Below are positions 36,351 through 43,751 of a stretch of 64,000 bases of DNA, piece by piece. The DNA comes from an uncultured Maribacter sp. (GTDB lineage Bacteria > Bacteroidota > Bacteroidia > Flavobacteriales > Flavobacteriaceae), in assembly GCA_965367725.1 (NCBI GenBank), contig CBDUKE010000002.1, forward strand, positions 7,091 to 71,090, written 5' to 3'. Position 1 is the stretch's first letter. Every line of letters begins with the position of its first letter. Under the pieces are notes generated by a model that worked only from the letters and a program-made list of their open reading frames with translations, was not told where the DNA came from and did no database searches. The translations under genes and the position numbers were made by a program.

Positions 36351-36366
36351 TGTAACAAATGTTACA
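36351..36366. promoter_or_regulatory. Palindromic operator TGTAACAAATGTTACA (site 3, identical to site 1)
   Basis: An exact 16-mer repeat of site 1. It lies 56 bp upstream of the SorA-like ATG and just downstream of the DsrE operon terminator. Confidence 0.6.
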
Positions 36367-36437
36367 GTAGTCCATTTTGAGGATATATACAATTAAAATT
36401 AAGCAAGTTTAATTTGAAATAGCTGTTTTTTTGATGA

Positions 36438-36465
36438 AAAAATGGGGGCCTTGGCCCCCATTTTT
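36438..36465 (-). terminator. Intrinsic terminator of the SQR-TusE-DsrE operon
   Basis: GC-rich stem ATGGGGGCC/GGCCCCCAT. On the minus strand it is followed by TTTTTT. Confidence 0.7.
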
Positions 36466-36565
36466 ACTTGAATATTTAGTTATAGAAGTACGCTTATATA
36501 AATAATAGATGTAAAGCCTTTCTCTATTTTCTCTGTTTTGGAAATCACCAATAGTTAAAATATTT

Positions 36566-37096
36566 TTATGTAAAAATGATATTAGTTCTGTCGCCACTAC
36601 ACAATTCATAAAATTCACCAATGGTAATTATACTATCAACTTCATCAGACAAATCTTCTTTCTTTAATTTGAACATATCAACGGCAAGCTTACACGCATA
36701 AATGGTACCGCCGCCCGCAGTGATCATTTCCAAAAATTCATCTACTGGAGGCATATCCAACGCTTCCATTTGTTTTCTCATCATACCTGAAACCGCAGTT
36801 TCTACTCCTGGCAATCCGCCAAGCATTGTAGGGAAAGGTAAACCTCCAGGCATTTTCATTGCCGGGTTACCGGTTGTTGCAGTATGCAAGTGGTTCATTG
36901 ATTTTTTAGTAATGCCTTCAAGACCAAAAAAAGTAAAGAACATATTGGTTTCTATTCCTTCCATTACAGCTCCGTTAGCCATGACCAGGGTAGCATAAAC
37001 ATCTTCTAATGCTCCCTTAGCACATATAATACAAACTTTCTCTAAAGGTTTTTTCTCTTTTGTGTCCATTTTTTTTTCTATTGTTTGTGTTTCCAT
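36566..37096 (-). CDS. DsrE/DsrF/DrsH-like family sulfur-relay protein (COG2210-type)
   Basis: 176 aa. Cys-containing segments KVCIICAKGALEDVY and GGTIYACKLAVDMF are typical of this family. Confidence 0.7.
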   Translation of the reverse strand: METQTIEKKMDTKEKKPLEKVCIICAKGALEDVYATLVMANGAVMEGIETNMFFTFFGLEGITKKSMNHLHTATTGNPAMKMPGGLPFPTMLGGLPGVETAVSGMMRKQMEALDMPPVDEFLEMITAGGGTIYACKLAVDMFKLKKEDLSDEVDSIITIGEFYELCSGDRTNIIFT

Positions 37097-37137
37097 CTTT
37101 TTATTTATTAATTATTAAAAACTACTAATAAAGTTAA

Positions 37138-37446
37138 CTATATGCAACTGGTTGGTTTAGGGATTCCTGCTATTTTTGATGAGAATTTTAAAGGCCCCTT
37201 TGGAAACAATTTATATAATCCTTTAATATCAACAATACCTGATTTTCCTACTTTTCTTATAGTTAAAGCTTCTTTTGCGGCTGTTTTTTCACGCAAATAA
37301 TGTAACACTTCAAAGTGTTTATCAGTCAATTCAATATCTAATTCTTTTGCTATTTCCCTAGCAATATCCTCATTCCACTGAGACATATCCTTAAGGTATC
37401 CATCTTCCGATAAATCAACTTTGATTCCTGCTAATACTGATTCCAT
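37138..37446 (-). CDS. TusE/DsrC/DsvC family sulfur relay protein (single C-terminal Cys, TusE-like)
   Basis: 102 aa. DGYL..MSQWNEDIA, HFEVLHYLRE, and a C-terminus GIPKPTSCI with the penultimate Cys. No second Cys lies ~10 residues upstream. Confidence 0.8.
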   Translation of the reverse strand: MESVLAGIKVDLSEDGYLKDMSQWNEDIAREIAKELDIELTDKHFEVLHYLREKTAAKEALTIRKVGKSGIVDIKGLYKLFPKGPLKFSSKIAGIPKPTSCI

Positions 37447-37468
37447 AATAATATTTGTTTTATTGTTT

Positions 37469-38701
37469 TTAATTTATTTTTTTTCCTTTTAAACTCATAT
37501 TTCTACTTACCATTGGTATGGGTATTCCTTTCAAAAGCATATTCCAATAAATCCACCTAAAAGCCAATTTACCCCAATGGTTGAATATACTTTCCTTTAA
37601 AAGCCTTAGAGGGCCTATACCTGCAATAGGGAAGGTGCCTTCTAAAGGTTCGTACTCGTAATTAAAATCAATTAAAAGTGCTTTGTTTTTGCCAGTTTCA
37701 ATAAAACAATTGGCATGGCCATCAAATTCCTCTTTTAAAGGTTTACCATCAATATACAATAAAATATTATCTGTTAAAGTTTCAGATGCAAAATGGGCAA
37801 CTGAGCCAGCTTTGGATGCGGGGACATTGGTAGCGTCACCGATTACAAATACATTTTCATGATCTATTGATTGTAATGTGCTATTATGTGTAGGCACAAA
37901 ATTTAATTCGTCACCCATACCTGAGCGTTCAATTACTTCATCGCCCATATTAGTAGGCACCGTTACAAGTAGATCGAAGTCAACCTTTCTCTCACCAAAA
38001 TCAATTATTTGATTGGTATCATTATCCACGCTTTCAATATTGAAATCAGTAACGACATTAATATTCTTTTCTTTCATTAAATGACCAAGAGCGGCTGTAG
38101 CTTTAGGTTTTGTGAATGCTCCACCAAGTGGGGTCACATATGTTAGTTCAACTTTGTCTCTCATTCCTTTTTTTGTGAAATAAGAATCGGCCAAGAAAAC
38201 GAATTCCAATGGTGCTACAGGGCATTTAATGGGCATTTCGGTAAAGTGAACGACCATTTTACCACCTTCCCATTCCCTTAATTTATTCCTAAGTGCCAAA
38301 GCACCTTCATAGGTGTAAAAATCAAAAACATTCTTATGCCAATTTTCACCTTTCATCCCTTCGGTTTCCTGTGGTGCAATTTTACAGCCTGTTGCAACAA
38401 TTAAAATATCATACTGTAAGGTTTCATCCTCTAATTGAACTTTGTTTTCTTCAGGAAAAATTTGTTCAATTTTCTTTTGAATATAGTTGACACCTTTGGG
38501 AATGAATTTATTACCCACTTTTTTTACCTGCTCTTCTGTATAGATATCAAAAGGTAGGAATAGGAATCCAGGCTGATAATAATGTGTTTTGTATTGATCT
38601 ACGATTGTAATTTTCCATTCTTTTTTCGGCAGTTTTTTCACCAAATGATTTGCCATCATCGTTCCTGACGTACCTGCACCTAATATCAATAAATTTTTCA
38701 T
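37469..38701 (-). CDS. Sulfide:quinone oxidoreductase-family FAD flavoprotein (SQR-like)
   Basis: GAGTSG dinucleotide fold, PIKCPVAPLEF (SQR-type Cys loop) and VFVIGDATNVPASKAGSVA. 410 aa. Confidence 0.7.
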   Translation of the reverse strand: MKNLLILGAGTSGTMMANHLVKKLPKKEWKITIVDQYKTHYYQPGFLFLPFDIYTEEQVKKVGNKFIPKGVNYIQKKIEQIFPEENKVQLEDETLQYDILIVATGCKIAPQETEGMKGENWHKNVFDFYTYEGALALRNKLREWEGGKMVVHFTEMPIKCPVAPLEFVFLADSYFTKKGMRDKVELTYVTPLGGAFTKPKATAALGHLMKEKNINVVTDFNIESVDNDTNQIIDFGERKVDFDLLVTVPTNMGDEVIERSGMGDELNFVPTHNSTLQSIDHENVFVIGDATNVPASKAGSVAHFASETLTDNILLYIDGKPLKEEFDGHANCFIETGKNKALLIDFNYEYEPLEGTFPIAGIGPLRLLKESIFNHWGKLAFRWIYWNMLLKGIPIPMVSRNMSLKGKKIN

Positions 38702-38788
38702 TCTGCTTTTTATTTAAAGTTGAAATTTGAGCATCTACGATACTTTGAATTTCTTGATGCAAAATTATCCTGATATGCATGGGCATTT

Positions 38789-38804
38789 TATGACATTTGT
38801 CATA
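38789..38804. promoter_or_regulatory. Second palindrome type TATGACATTTGTCATA, promoter-proximal to the SQR operon
   Basis: Perfect inverted arms TATGACA/TGTCATA. It lies 88 bp upstream of the SQR ATG and 30 bp (centre to centre) from the GTAAC site. A near-identical site occurs at 60283-60298. Confidence 0.45.
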
Positions 38805-38818
38805 TTGCTTTATACTTT

Positions 38819-38834
38819 TGTAACATTTGTTACA
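38819..38834. promoter_or_regulatory. Palindromic operator TGTAACATTTGTTACA (site 4)
   Basis: Perfect arms. It lies in the 380-bp divergent region between the SQR operon (ATG 38701) and the FadL-like OMP (ATG 39082). Confidence 0.6.
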
Positions 38835-39081
38835 ATAAATATTTTCTATATGACTGAAAAACAATTGTTTAAATATTTTTTTATTTCCTAAACCACTTGT
38901 AAATAAGGAACTCAACCCACATAAGATCATTATAAAAATATTTTTATGATAAATGTCATGAATCCTTAAGACATTCAATAATAATTTTGTGGTGTTTTTA
39001 AATACTAAATAGATACATCAGAAGCATATGCTATTAATACTAATAAGTATGGGCTTTTGAAAATACTTAAACTAAATAATC

Positions 39082-40497
39082 ATGAGAAAAACATTTCTTA
39101 ATTTATCGTTTCTAATTTTTGCGACTGCTGCTTTAGCGCAGTCGGGTCACATTATGCAGGGTGTTGGGGCTGTTAATATGTCAATGGGGGGTGCATCAAC
39201 TGGGCAACCCTTGGATATTTCCGGTGCACTACAATGGAATCCTGCTTCAATATCAACCTTTGATGATAAAATCTTAAAGTTTGATATTGGTTTATTCTTT
39301 TCATCTCCTGAATTATCTTCAACATTTGGTCCTTTAAGTGGAACAACAGCAGATGATAGGCCCCTATCGCCTATGCCGGCAATAGCCATGGTCTGGGGTA
39401 AGGAGGGCAGCAAGCATACTTTTGGTGCTTCTGCATTCGGTATTAGTGGTTTTGGCGTTACATTTCCTGAAAACACTAATTATCCGCAAGATCTACAAGG
39501 AAACCCAAACCCTAACTTTGATCAAACAGCAGCTGTTAATCCAATAAATTTCCCTCAATTTGCAGGAGGTTTTGGTAGAATTGAATCTGATTATATGTTA
39601 TTGCAAGTCGGCTTTACCTGGGCTTATGAATTATCGGATAAATTTTCAATTGGTGTAGAGCCAACTTTTAACTATGGAGCATTAGAGCTAGCACCTAACC
39701 CATTAGCCTCACCAAGTCAAACTTTAGGTTATCCAATTTCGGATAAAGCTTCTGCGATTGGTTTTGGCGCACAATTTGGTTTATTCTATGATTCAGGTAC
39801 TGGTTTTAAAGCTGGGGCTTCCTATAAAACAAACCAATCTTTTAGTGAACTTGAATTTAAGAACACTTATTTGGATGGCTCTGCAGCGCAAGACGTTAAT
39901 TTCCAAATGGATTATCCTTCAATTTTATCCTTTGGTTTAGGTTATTCTAATGATGCAATTGACTTAGCTCTAGATTATAGAATGGTAAATTATGAGAATA
40001 CAGAGGGTTTTGAAAAAAGTGGATGGACAATTGCTGAAAGTGGGCAGTTTGCTGGATTCCCTACTGGATCAGTTCAAGGATTTGGATGGGAAAATATCTC
40101 GATCATTTCTGCTGGTTTACAATATAAAGGTGTAGATAAATTACCTTTGAGAGTTGGGTATACTTATAGTTCAAATCCTATTAATGAAGAATTAACATTT
40201 TTCTCTGTTCCAGCAACAGCAATTATTAAAAATGCCTTCCAATTCGGATTAAGTTATGAAGTAGATGAAAACTGGAAACTTGATGCTGTTTATCATTACG
40301 GTTCAAGTGGTGATGCTACATCTGGGCAATTATTAAATCCAACTCCTGATCAAGATTTTAATGGTGATGGAAATCCGGATGGACCTTGGAATGCAAATAC
40401 TAATCCGTTAGGAGCTATTCCAGGAAGTGAAGTGTCTTACGAAATGACAACATCTATGATACAATTTGGTGTTAGTTATACCTTTGCCAAAAAGTAA
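39082..40497 (+). CDS. Outer membrane transport protein, OMPP1/FadL/TodX family
   Basis: Signal peptide. N-terminal GVGAVNMSMGGASTG hatch-like motif, alternating beta-strand pattern and a terminal aromatic residue (YTFAKK). Confidence 0.7.
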   Translation: MRKTFLNLSFLIFATAALAQSGHIMQGVGAVNMSMGGASTGQPLDISGALQWNPASISTFDDKILKFDIGLFFSSPELSSTFGPLSGTTADDRPLSPMPAIAMVWGKEGSKHTFGASAFGISGFGVTFPENTNYPQDLQGNPNPNFDQTAAVNPINFPQFAGGFGRIESDYMLLQVGFTWAYELSDKFSIGVEPTFNYGALELAPNPLASPSQTLGYPISDKASAIGFGAQFGLFYDSGTGFKAGASYKTNQSFSELEFKNTYLDGSAAQDVNFQMDYPSILSFGLGYSNDAIDLALDYRMVNYENTEGFEKSGWTIAESGQFAGFPTGSVQGFGWENISIISAGLQYKGVDKLPLRVGYTYSSNPINEELTFFSVPATAIIKNAFQFGLSYEVDENWKLDAVYHYGSSGDATSGQLLNPTPDQDFNGDGNPDGPWNANTNPLGAIPGSEVSYEMTTSMIQFGVSYTFAKK

Positions 40498-40524
40498 TAT
40501 AGTTACCAATTAACACATGTTTTT

Positions 40525-40558
40525 AACAGCGGGGACCTTTGTCCCCGTTGTTATTTAT
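40525..40558 (+). terminator. Intrinsic terminator after the FadL-like gene
   Basis: 12-bp stem AACAGCGGGGAC/GTCCCCGTTGTT with loop CTTT, followed by a T-rich tail. Confidence 0.65.
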
Positions 40559-40662
40559 TAAAACGGGAAAGTCAACAATTACTTTGGTGAGCTCGCTTTT
40601 GTGATAATTGTTTCTTTTGTTTCGTCCTGTTTTGACAATAAATAGTACACTCTTTTTTTATA

Positions 40663-40678
40663 TGTAACAAAGGTTGCA
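40663..40678. promoter_or_regulatory. Degenerate operator-like site TGTAACAAAGGTTGCA
   Basis: The left arm is perfect and the right arm has 2 mismatches. It lies upstream of the first DUF2202 gene. Confidence 0.3.
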
Positions 40679-40767
40679 GTATACTATTAAATTAAGTCCC
40701 AACTTTGTGTTCAATTAAGATATTGGTCATTGTTGCTGATGGCCACAGGGGAAACCCGAAATGTTGA

Positions 40768-40840
40768 TCAATGACGTCAAAATTCATTGATTTGTTTGGT
40801 TGTTGAAAAAAGCACCTGCCCTTGTGTAGGTGCTTTTTTA
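40768..40840 (+). repeat. Two-hairpin element copy B1 (hairpin 1, invariant TTTGTTTGGTTGTT, terminator-like hairpin 2, T-tract)
   Basis: Hairpin 1 is TCAATGA/TCATTGA. The invariant linker is at 40791-40804. Hairpin 2 is AGCACCT/AGGTGCT followed by TTTTT. The architecture recurs at 41661-41735 and 42635-42711. Confidence 0.6.
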
Positions 40841-40908
40841 TGTAACAAAAGTAGCTGTTTGGGGTAGCTGGATTTCAGAACTTGCGAGTAGATTTAAAAA
40901 ATACCGCT

Positions 40909-41544
40909 ATGAAAATAATACGAAAATTTAGCATTGGGGCTTTATCTCTGATGCTACTCATAATCGCCACAAATCTGTCTTGTAATGATGACGAAGCCAA
41001 TACCTCTTTGAATGAATTGGAAAGTATTAATTTATCAACTGAAGATACAAACGCGCTACTTTTTATGCTGGAAGAAGAGAAATTGGCGCGAGATACGTAC
41101 GCGTATTTAGATGATTTATACGGAATAAATCAATTTTCGAACATTAAATTGAGCGAACAATCCCATATGAATGCGGTTGCCAAATTGTTAGATCAGTACA
41201 ATATAGATTATGCAATTCTTCCTTACGGCGAATTCGAAAACCAAGAAATGCAGGATTTCTATGATCAATTTGTTGAAAAAGGTCAAATTGATGCAATGAA
41301 TGCACTGGAAGTTGGTGCAACAATTGAAGATCTTGATATAGTTGATTTGGATGAATTTATTGAAGCGACATCAAATACCAGTATAATTTCGGTATTCGAG
41401 AGCCTCCAATGTGGTTCGCGTAATCATCTACGAAGTTTTGTAAGCGTCATTGAAAATGCCAATGAAACGTACGACCCCCAATTCTTGTCTATTGAGGCGT
41501 ATAATGAAATAATTGAGGATACTAATGAAAAGTGCGGCCTATAA
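40909..41544 (+). CDS. DUF2202 (ferritin-like) lipoprotein, paralog 1
   Basis: I prefer ATG 40909 (MKIIRKFSIGALSLMLLIIATNLSC lipobox) over the listed TTG at 40882. Signature LFMLEEEKLARDTYAYL...FSNIKLSEQSHMNAV...EVGATIEDLDI...SLQCGSRNHLRSF. Confidence 0.7.
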   Translation: MKIIRKFSIGALSLMLLIIATNLSCNDDEANTSLNELESINLSTEDTNALLFMLEEEKLARDTYAYLDDLYGINQFSNIKLSEQSHMNAVAKLLDQYNIDYAILPYGEFENQEMQDFYDQFVEKGQIDAMNALEVGATIEDLDIVDLDEFIEATSNTSIISVFESLQCGSRNHLRSFVSVIENANETYDPQFLSIEAYNEIIEDTNEKCGL

Positions 41545-41556
41545 TCGGTAAAATTT

Positions 41557-41629
41557 CCTCGATGTCCTCTTCGAGGATTACAAATAACTTTCATTCCCGC
41601 AGACCTGCCTATCGGCAGACAGGGGCGGG
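41557..41629. repeat. GC-rich multi-hairpin intergenic insert (REP-like), copy 1
   Basis: CCTCGA..TCGAGG hairpin, then AGGATTACAAA...TTCATTCCC, then an imperfect hairpin CCCGC..CCTGCC-TATC-GGCAG..GCGGG. It shares AGGATTACAAA, TTCATTCCC and CCTCTTCG with the element at 47960-48134. Confidence 0.45.
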
Positions 41630-41660
41630 TATTTAAGAACAAATAGTTTTCTAAGATGAA

Positions 41661-41735
41661 TTGATCATTCCCAATGATTGGTTTTTGTTTGGTTGTTTAT
41701 AAAGGCACCTACCAATTTGGTAGGTGCCTTTTTTA
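41661..41735 (+). repeat. Two-hairpin element copy B2
   Basis: Hairpin 1 is TTGATCATT/AATGATTGG (with wobbles). The invariant TTTGTTTGGTTGTT is at 41684-41697. Hairpin 2 is AAAGGCACCTACC/GGTAGGTGCCTTT followed by a T-tract. Confidence 0.6.
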
Positions 41736-41766
41736 TTTAAGAATTGTAATAAAGAAAAACAAAAAA

Positions 41767-41818
41767 GAAACATTTAACACACAAATTTCAAACTATTGCT
41801 ACTTATCTAGGTCTAAAT
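41767..41818 (+). repeat. 52-nt upstream element copy A1
   Basis: GAAACATTTAACACACAAATTTCAAACTATTGCTACTTATCTAGGTCTAAAT matches 42883-42934 at 48 of 52 positions. Both copies lie ~65 nt upstream of a start codon. Both are also followed by a shared start-proximal TAATTTAAATATATA..ACCATGAAA. Confidence 0.6.
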
Positions 41819-41885
41819 GCAAAACAATGTGCTGATAAAATATATTAATACGAACTGGCACACATTTATAATTTAAATATATACC

Positions 41886-42602
41886 ATGAAATTTAATAGA
41901 ATAATTAAAACACCCCTTATAGTACTTGGGTTCCTAACGTTTAGTCTGTTTATGGCCTGTAGTGATAATGGCGCAAATTTATTGGAAGAAGAAGCATTAG
42001 AGAACTCGATCGGTTTACAAGAGGATATAAATGTATCGGAAAACCCTGTTGATTCACAGGAGGAGCTAAATGTATTGGAAAATTCAGTTGATTCAGAAGA
42101 AGATATAAATGCTTTGTTATTTATGTTGGAGGAGGAAAAATTGGCTCGGGACACCTATATGTATTTGGATGAATTCTGGGGCATTAATCAATTTTCCAAT
42201 ATAAAGCTCAGTGAACAGTCCCATATGAATGCGGTAGCCAATTTATTGGATCAATACAATATTGATTATACCATATTGCCAGATGGAGAGTTTGAAAATC
42301 AAGAATTACAGGGTTTTTATAATCAGTTTGTTGAAAAAGGGCAGATTGATAGGGTAAATGCGCTTGAGGTGGGCGCAACTATTGAAGATCTTGATATTGT
42401 TGACCTCGAAAACTATATCAATGCAACCTCAAATGCCGATATTATATTGTTGTTTGAAAGTTTGCAGTGCGGTTCGCGCAATCATTTGAGAAGTTTTGTT
42501 AGGGGTTTGGAAAATTCAGGTGCTTCGTATACACCACAATATTTAACTCTTGAGAATTATAATTTAATCATTAATGACAATAGTGAGAAGTGTGGTCAAT
42601 AA
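41886..42602 (+). CDS. DUF2202 (ferritin-like) lipoprotein, paralog 2
   Basis: Lipobox FMAC. Same signature as paralog 1 across ~170 aa. The N-terminal acidic linker contains a 39-nt tandem repeat at 42028-42112. Confidence 0.7.
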   Translation: MKFNRIIKTPLIVLGFLTFSLFMACSDNGANLLEEEALENSIGLQEDINVSENPVDSQEELNVLENSVDSEEDINALLFMLEEEKLARDTYMYLDEFWGINQFSNIKLSEQSHMNAVANLLDQYNIDYTILPDGEFENQELQGFYNQFVEKGQIDRVNALEVGATIEDLDIVDLENYINATSNADIILLFESLQCGSRNHLRSFVRGLENSGASYTPQYLTLENYNLIINDNSEKCGQ

Positions 42603-42634
42603 TCTTTTTTAGAGGCCTATGGATCTTAAAAATT

Positions 42635-42711
42635 AATTGATAGTTCCCCCAAGATCAATTTTTGTTTGGTTGTTGATAGAGACGCTCACCATTTAGGTGA
42701 GTGTCTTTTTT
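42635..42711 (+). repeat. Two-hairpin element copy B3
   Basis: Hairpin 1 is AATTGAT/ATCAATT. The invariant TTTGTTTGGTTGTT is at 42661-42674. Hairpin 2 is GACGCTCACC/GGTGAGTGTC followed by a T-tract. Confidence 0.6.
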
Positions 42712-42712
42712 A

Positions 42713-42728
42713 TGTAACATTTGTCACA
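42713..42728. promoter_or_regulatory. Hybrid operator-like site TGTAACATTTGTCACA
   Basis: The left arm is the TGTAACA type and the right arm is TGTCACA, one mismatch from TGTTACA. It directly follows element B3. Confidence 0.35.
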
Positions 42729-42882
42729 AAAAAAATTGCTTAAACCTAGGTTTTATTAGGGTTACATGATTAGAATCATGTCACGGCTATTTTTCCCAGG
42801 ATAATTTTAACCCATAATTAAAGGCGACGTCAAGTTTAAAAAGATGCGAAAAATAAAATGGATTATCAAGACATACAAAAAT

Positions 42883-42934
42883 GAAACATTTAACATATAA
42901 ATTTCAAACTATTGCTACTTGTCAAGGTCTAAAT
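42883..42934 (+). repeat. 52-nt upstream element copy A2
   Basis: See A1. It lies upstream of the repeat protein gene at 42998. Confidence 0.6.
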
Positions 42935-42997
42935 AAATATAAAACGGTTTGAGAATTGAATGTATTCATTAGAATAATAATTTAAATATATAATACC

Positions 42998-43684
42998 ATG
43001 AAAAAAAGAATGTTATTAGCAGCATTTGTGGTTCTAGGAACTGCAGCGCTAACAGCCCAAGAAAGAGATCAAGACAGAATCCAAGACCAAGACAGGACTA
43101 AGTTGGTAATGGTCGATGGTGAAATGTTGGAACTTAGAGATCGTGCCCAATTGCGATTAAAAGAAAAGCAAACCCTAGCAGATGGTACGGTGATAAACAC
43201 TAATGGTACCTACCAAACCAGGGACGGAGCGCAATTGCGATTAAAAAATGGTGAATGCCTTGATGGCGACGGAATCAAATACCGCAACGAATATCAGTAT
43301 CGCTACAAAGTAAACCAAGAGAATAAAGGTTTGGCCCAAACCCAGGTGGAAGAACGTAACCAAAATCGGTTGCATTATATGCTTGTAGATGGCGAAATGT
43401 ATCAGATAGAAAATCAATTTCAAAATAGACTGCAGTCCCAAATAAATCTAGCTGATGGCGGAACAGTTAATCCTGATGGCACCTATCAAACAAAAGAGCG
43501 CAAACAATTGAAATTGCAAGATGGCGAATGTTTGAATTTAGATGGACAAAAGTTCCAAAATTTACATCAACAACGCAAAATGATGGTTCAAAAAAACATG
43601 CAGGCCAATAAAAAAATGATGAAGAAAACTGGTGTTAAAAAACCTGTAATCCAAAAGAAAAAAGGCAAAAAAAGCACTAGATAA
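42998..43684 (+). CDS. Secreted protein with an internal ~90-aa duplication and a Lys-rich tail, family unknown
   Basis: Signal peptide. Two repeats match the pattern (V/L)VDGEM..(L/I)....Q.RL......LADG..(V/I)N..GTYQT.....QL(R/K)L..GECL..DG.K(Y/F). The C-terminus is KKMMKKTGVKKPVIQKKKGKK. Confidence 0.5.
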   Translation: MKKRMLLAAFVVLGTAALTAQERDQDRIQDQDRTKLVMVDGEMLELRDRAQLRLKEKQTLADGTVINTNGTYQTRDGAQLRLKNGECLDGDGIKYRNEYQYRYKVNQENKGLAQTQVEERNQNRLHYMLVDGEMYQIENQFQNRLQSQINLADGGTVNPDGTYQTKERKQLKLQDGECLNLDGQKFQNLHQQRKMMVQKNMQANKKMMKKTGVKKPVIQKKKGKKSTR

Positions 43685-43696
43685 TATGAGTTGGTT

Positions 43697-43734
43697 GGGC
43701 TTTGCCACAATGTTGTTGGCAAAGCCCTTTTTTT
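43697..43734 (+). terminator. Intrinsic terminator
   Basis: Stem GGGCTTTGCC/GGCAAAGCCC followed by TTTTTTT. Confidence 0.7.
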
Positions 43735-43751
43735 AATCTAATCTTTTTGTC

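Noticed and set aside
36409-36621. 70-aa minus-strand ORF between the DsrE and SorA-like genes
   Set aside because: It runs through the GC-rich intrinsic terminator hairpin and overlaps the DsrE 3' end. It has no recognisable features.
37469-38701. The idea that the SQR-like protein lacks the second catalytic cysteine (GDA where some SQRs have GDC)
   Set aside because: This depends on an alignment I cannot perform reliably from memory, and SQR types differ in Cys placement. It is not claimed.
38547-38978. 143-aa minus-strand ORF spanning the SQR start and the SQR/FadL divergent region
   Set aside because: It overlaps the well-supported SQR N-terminus out of frame, has low-complexity composition, and covers both palindromic sites. 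The region is better explained as a divergent promoter.
40841-40847. TGTAACA half-site directly after element B1
   Set aside because: No matching inverted arm is present (AGTAGCT). It is recorded only as context for the B elements.
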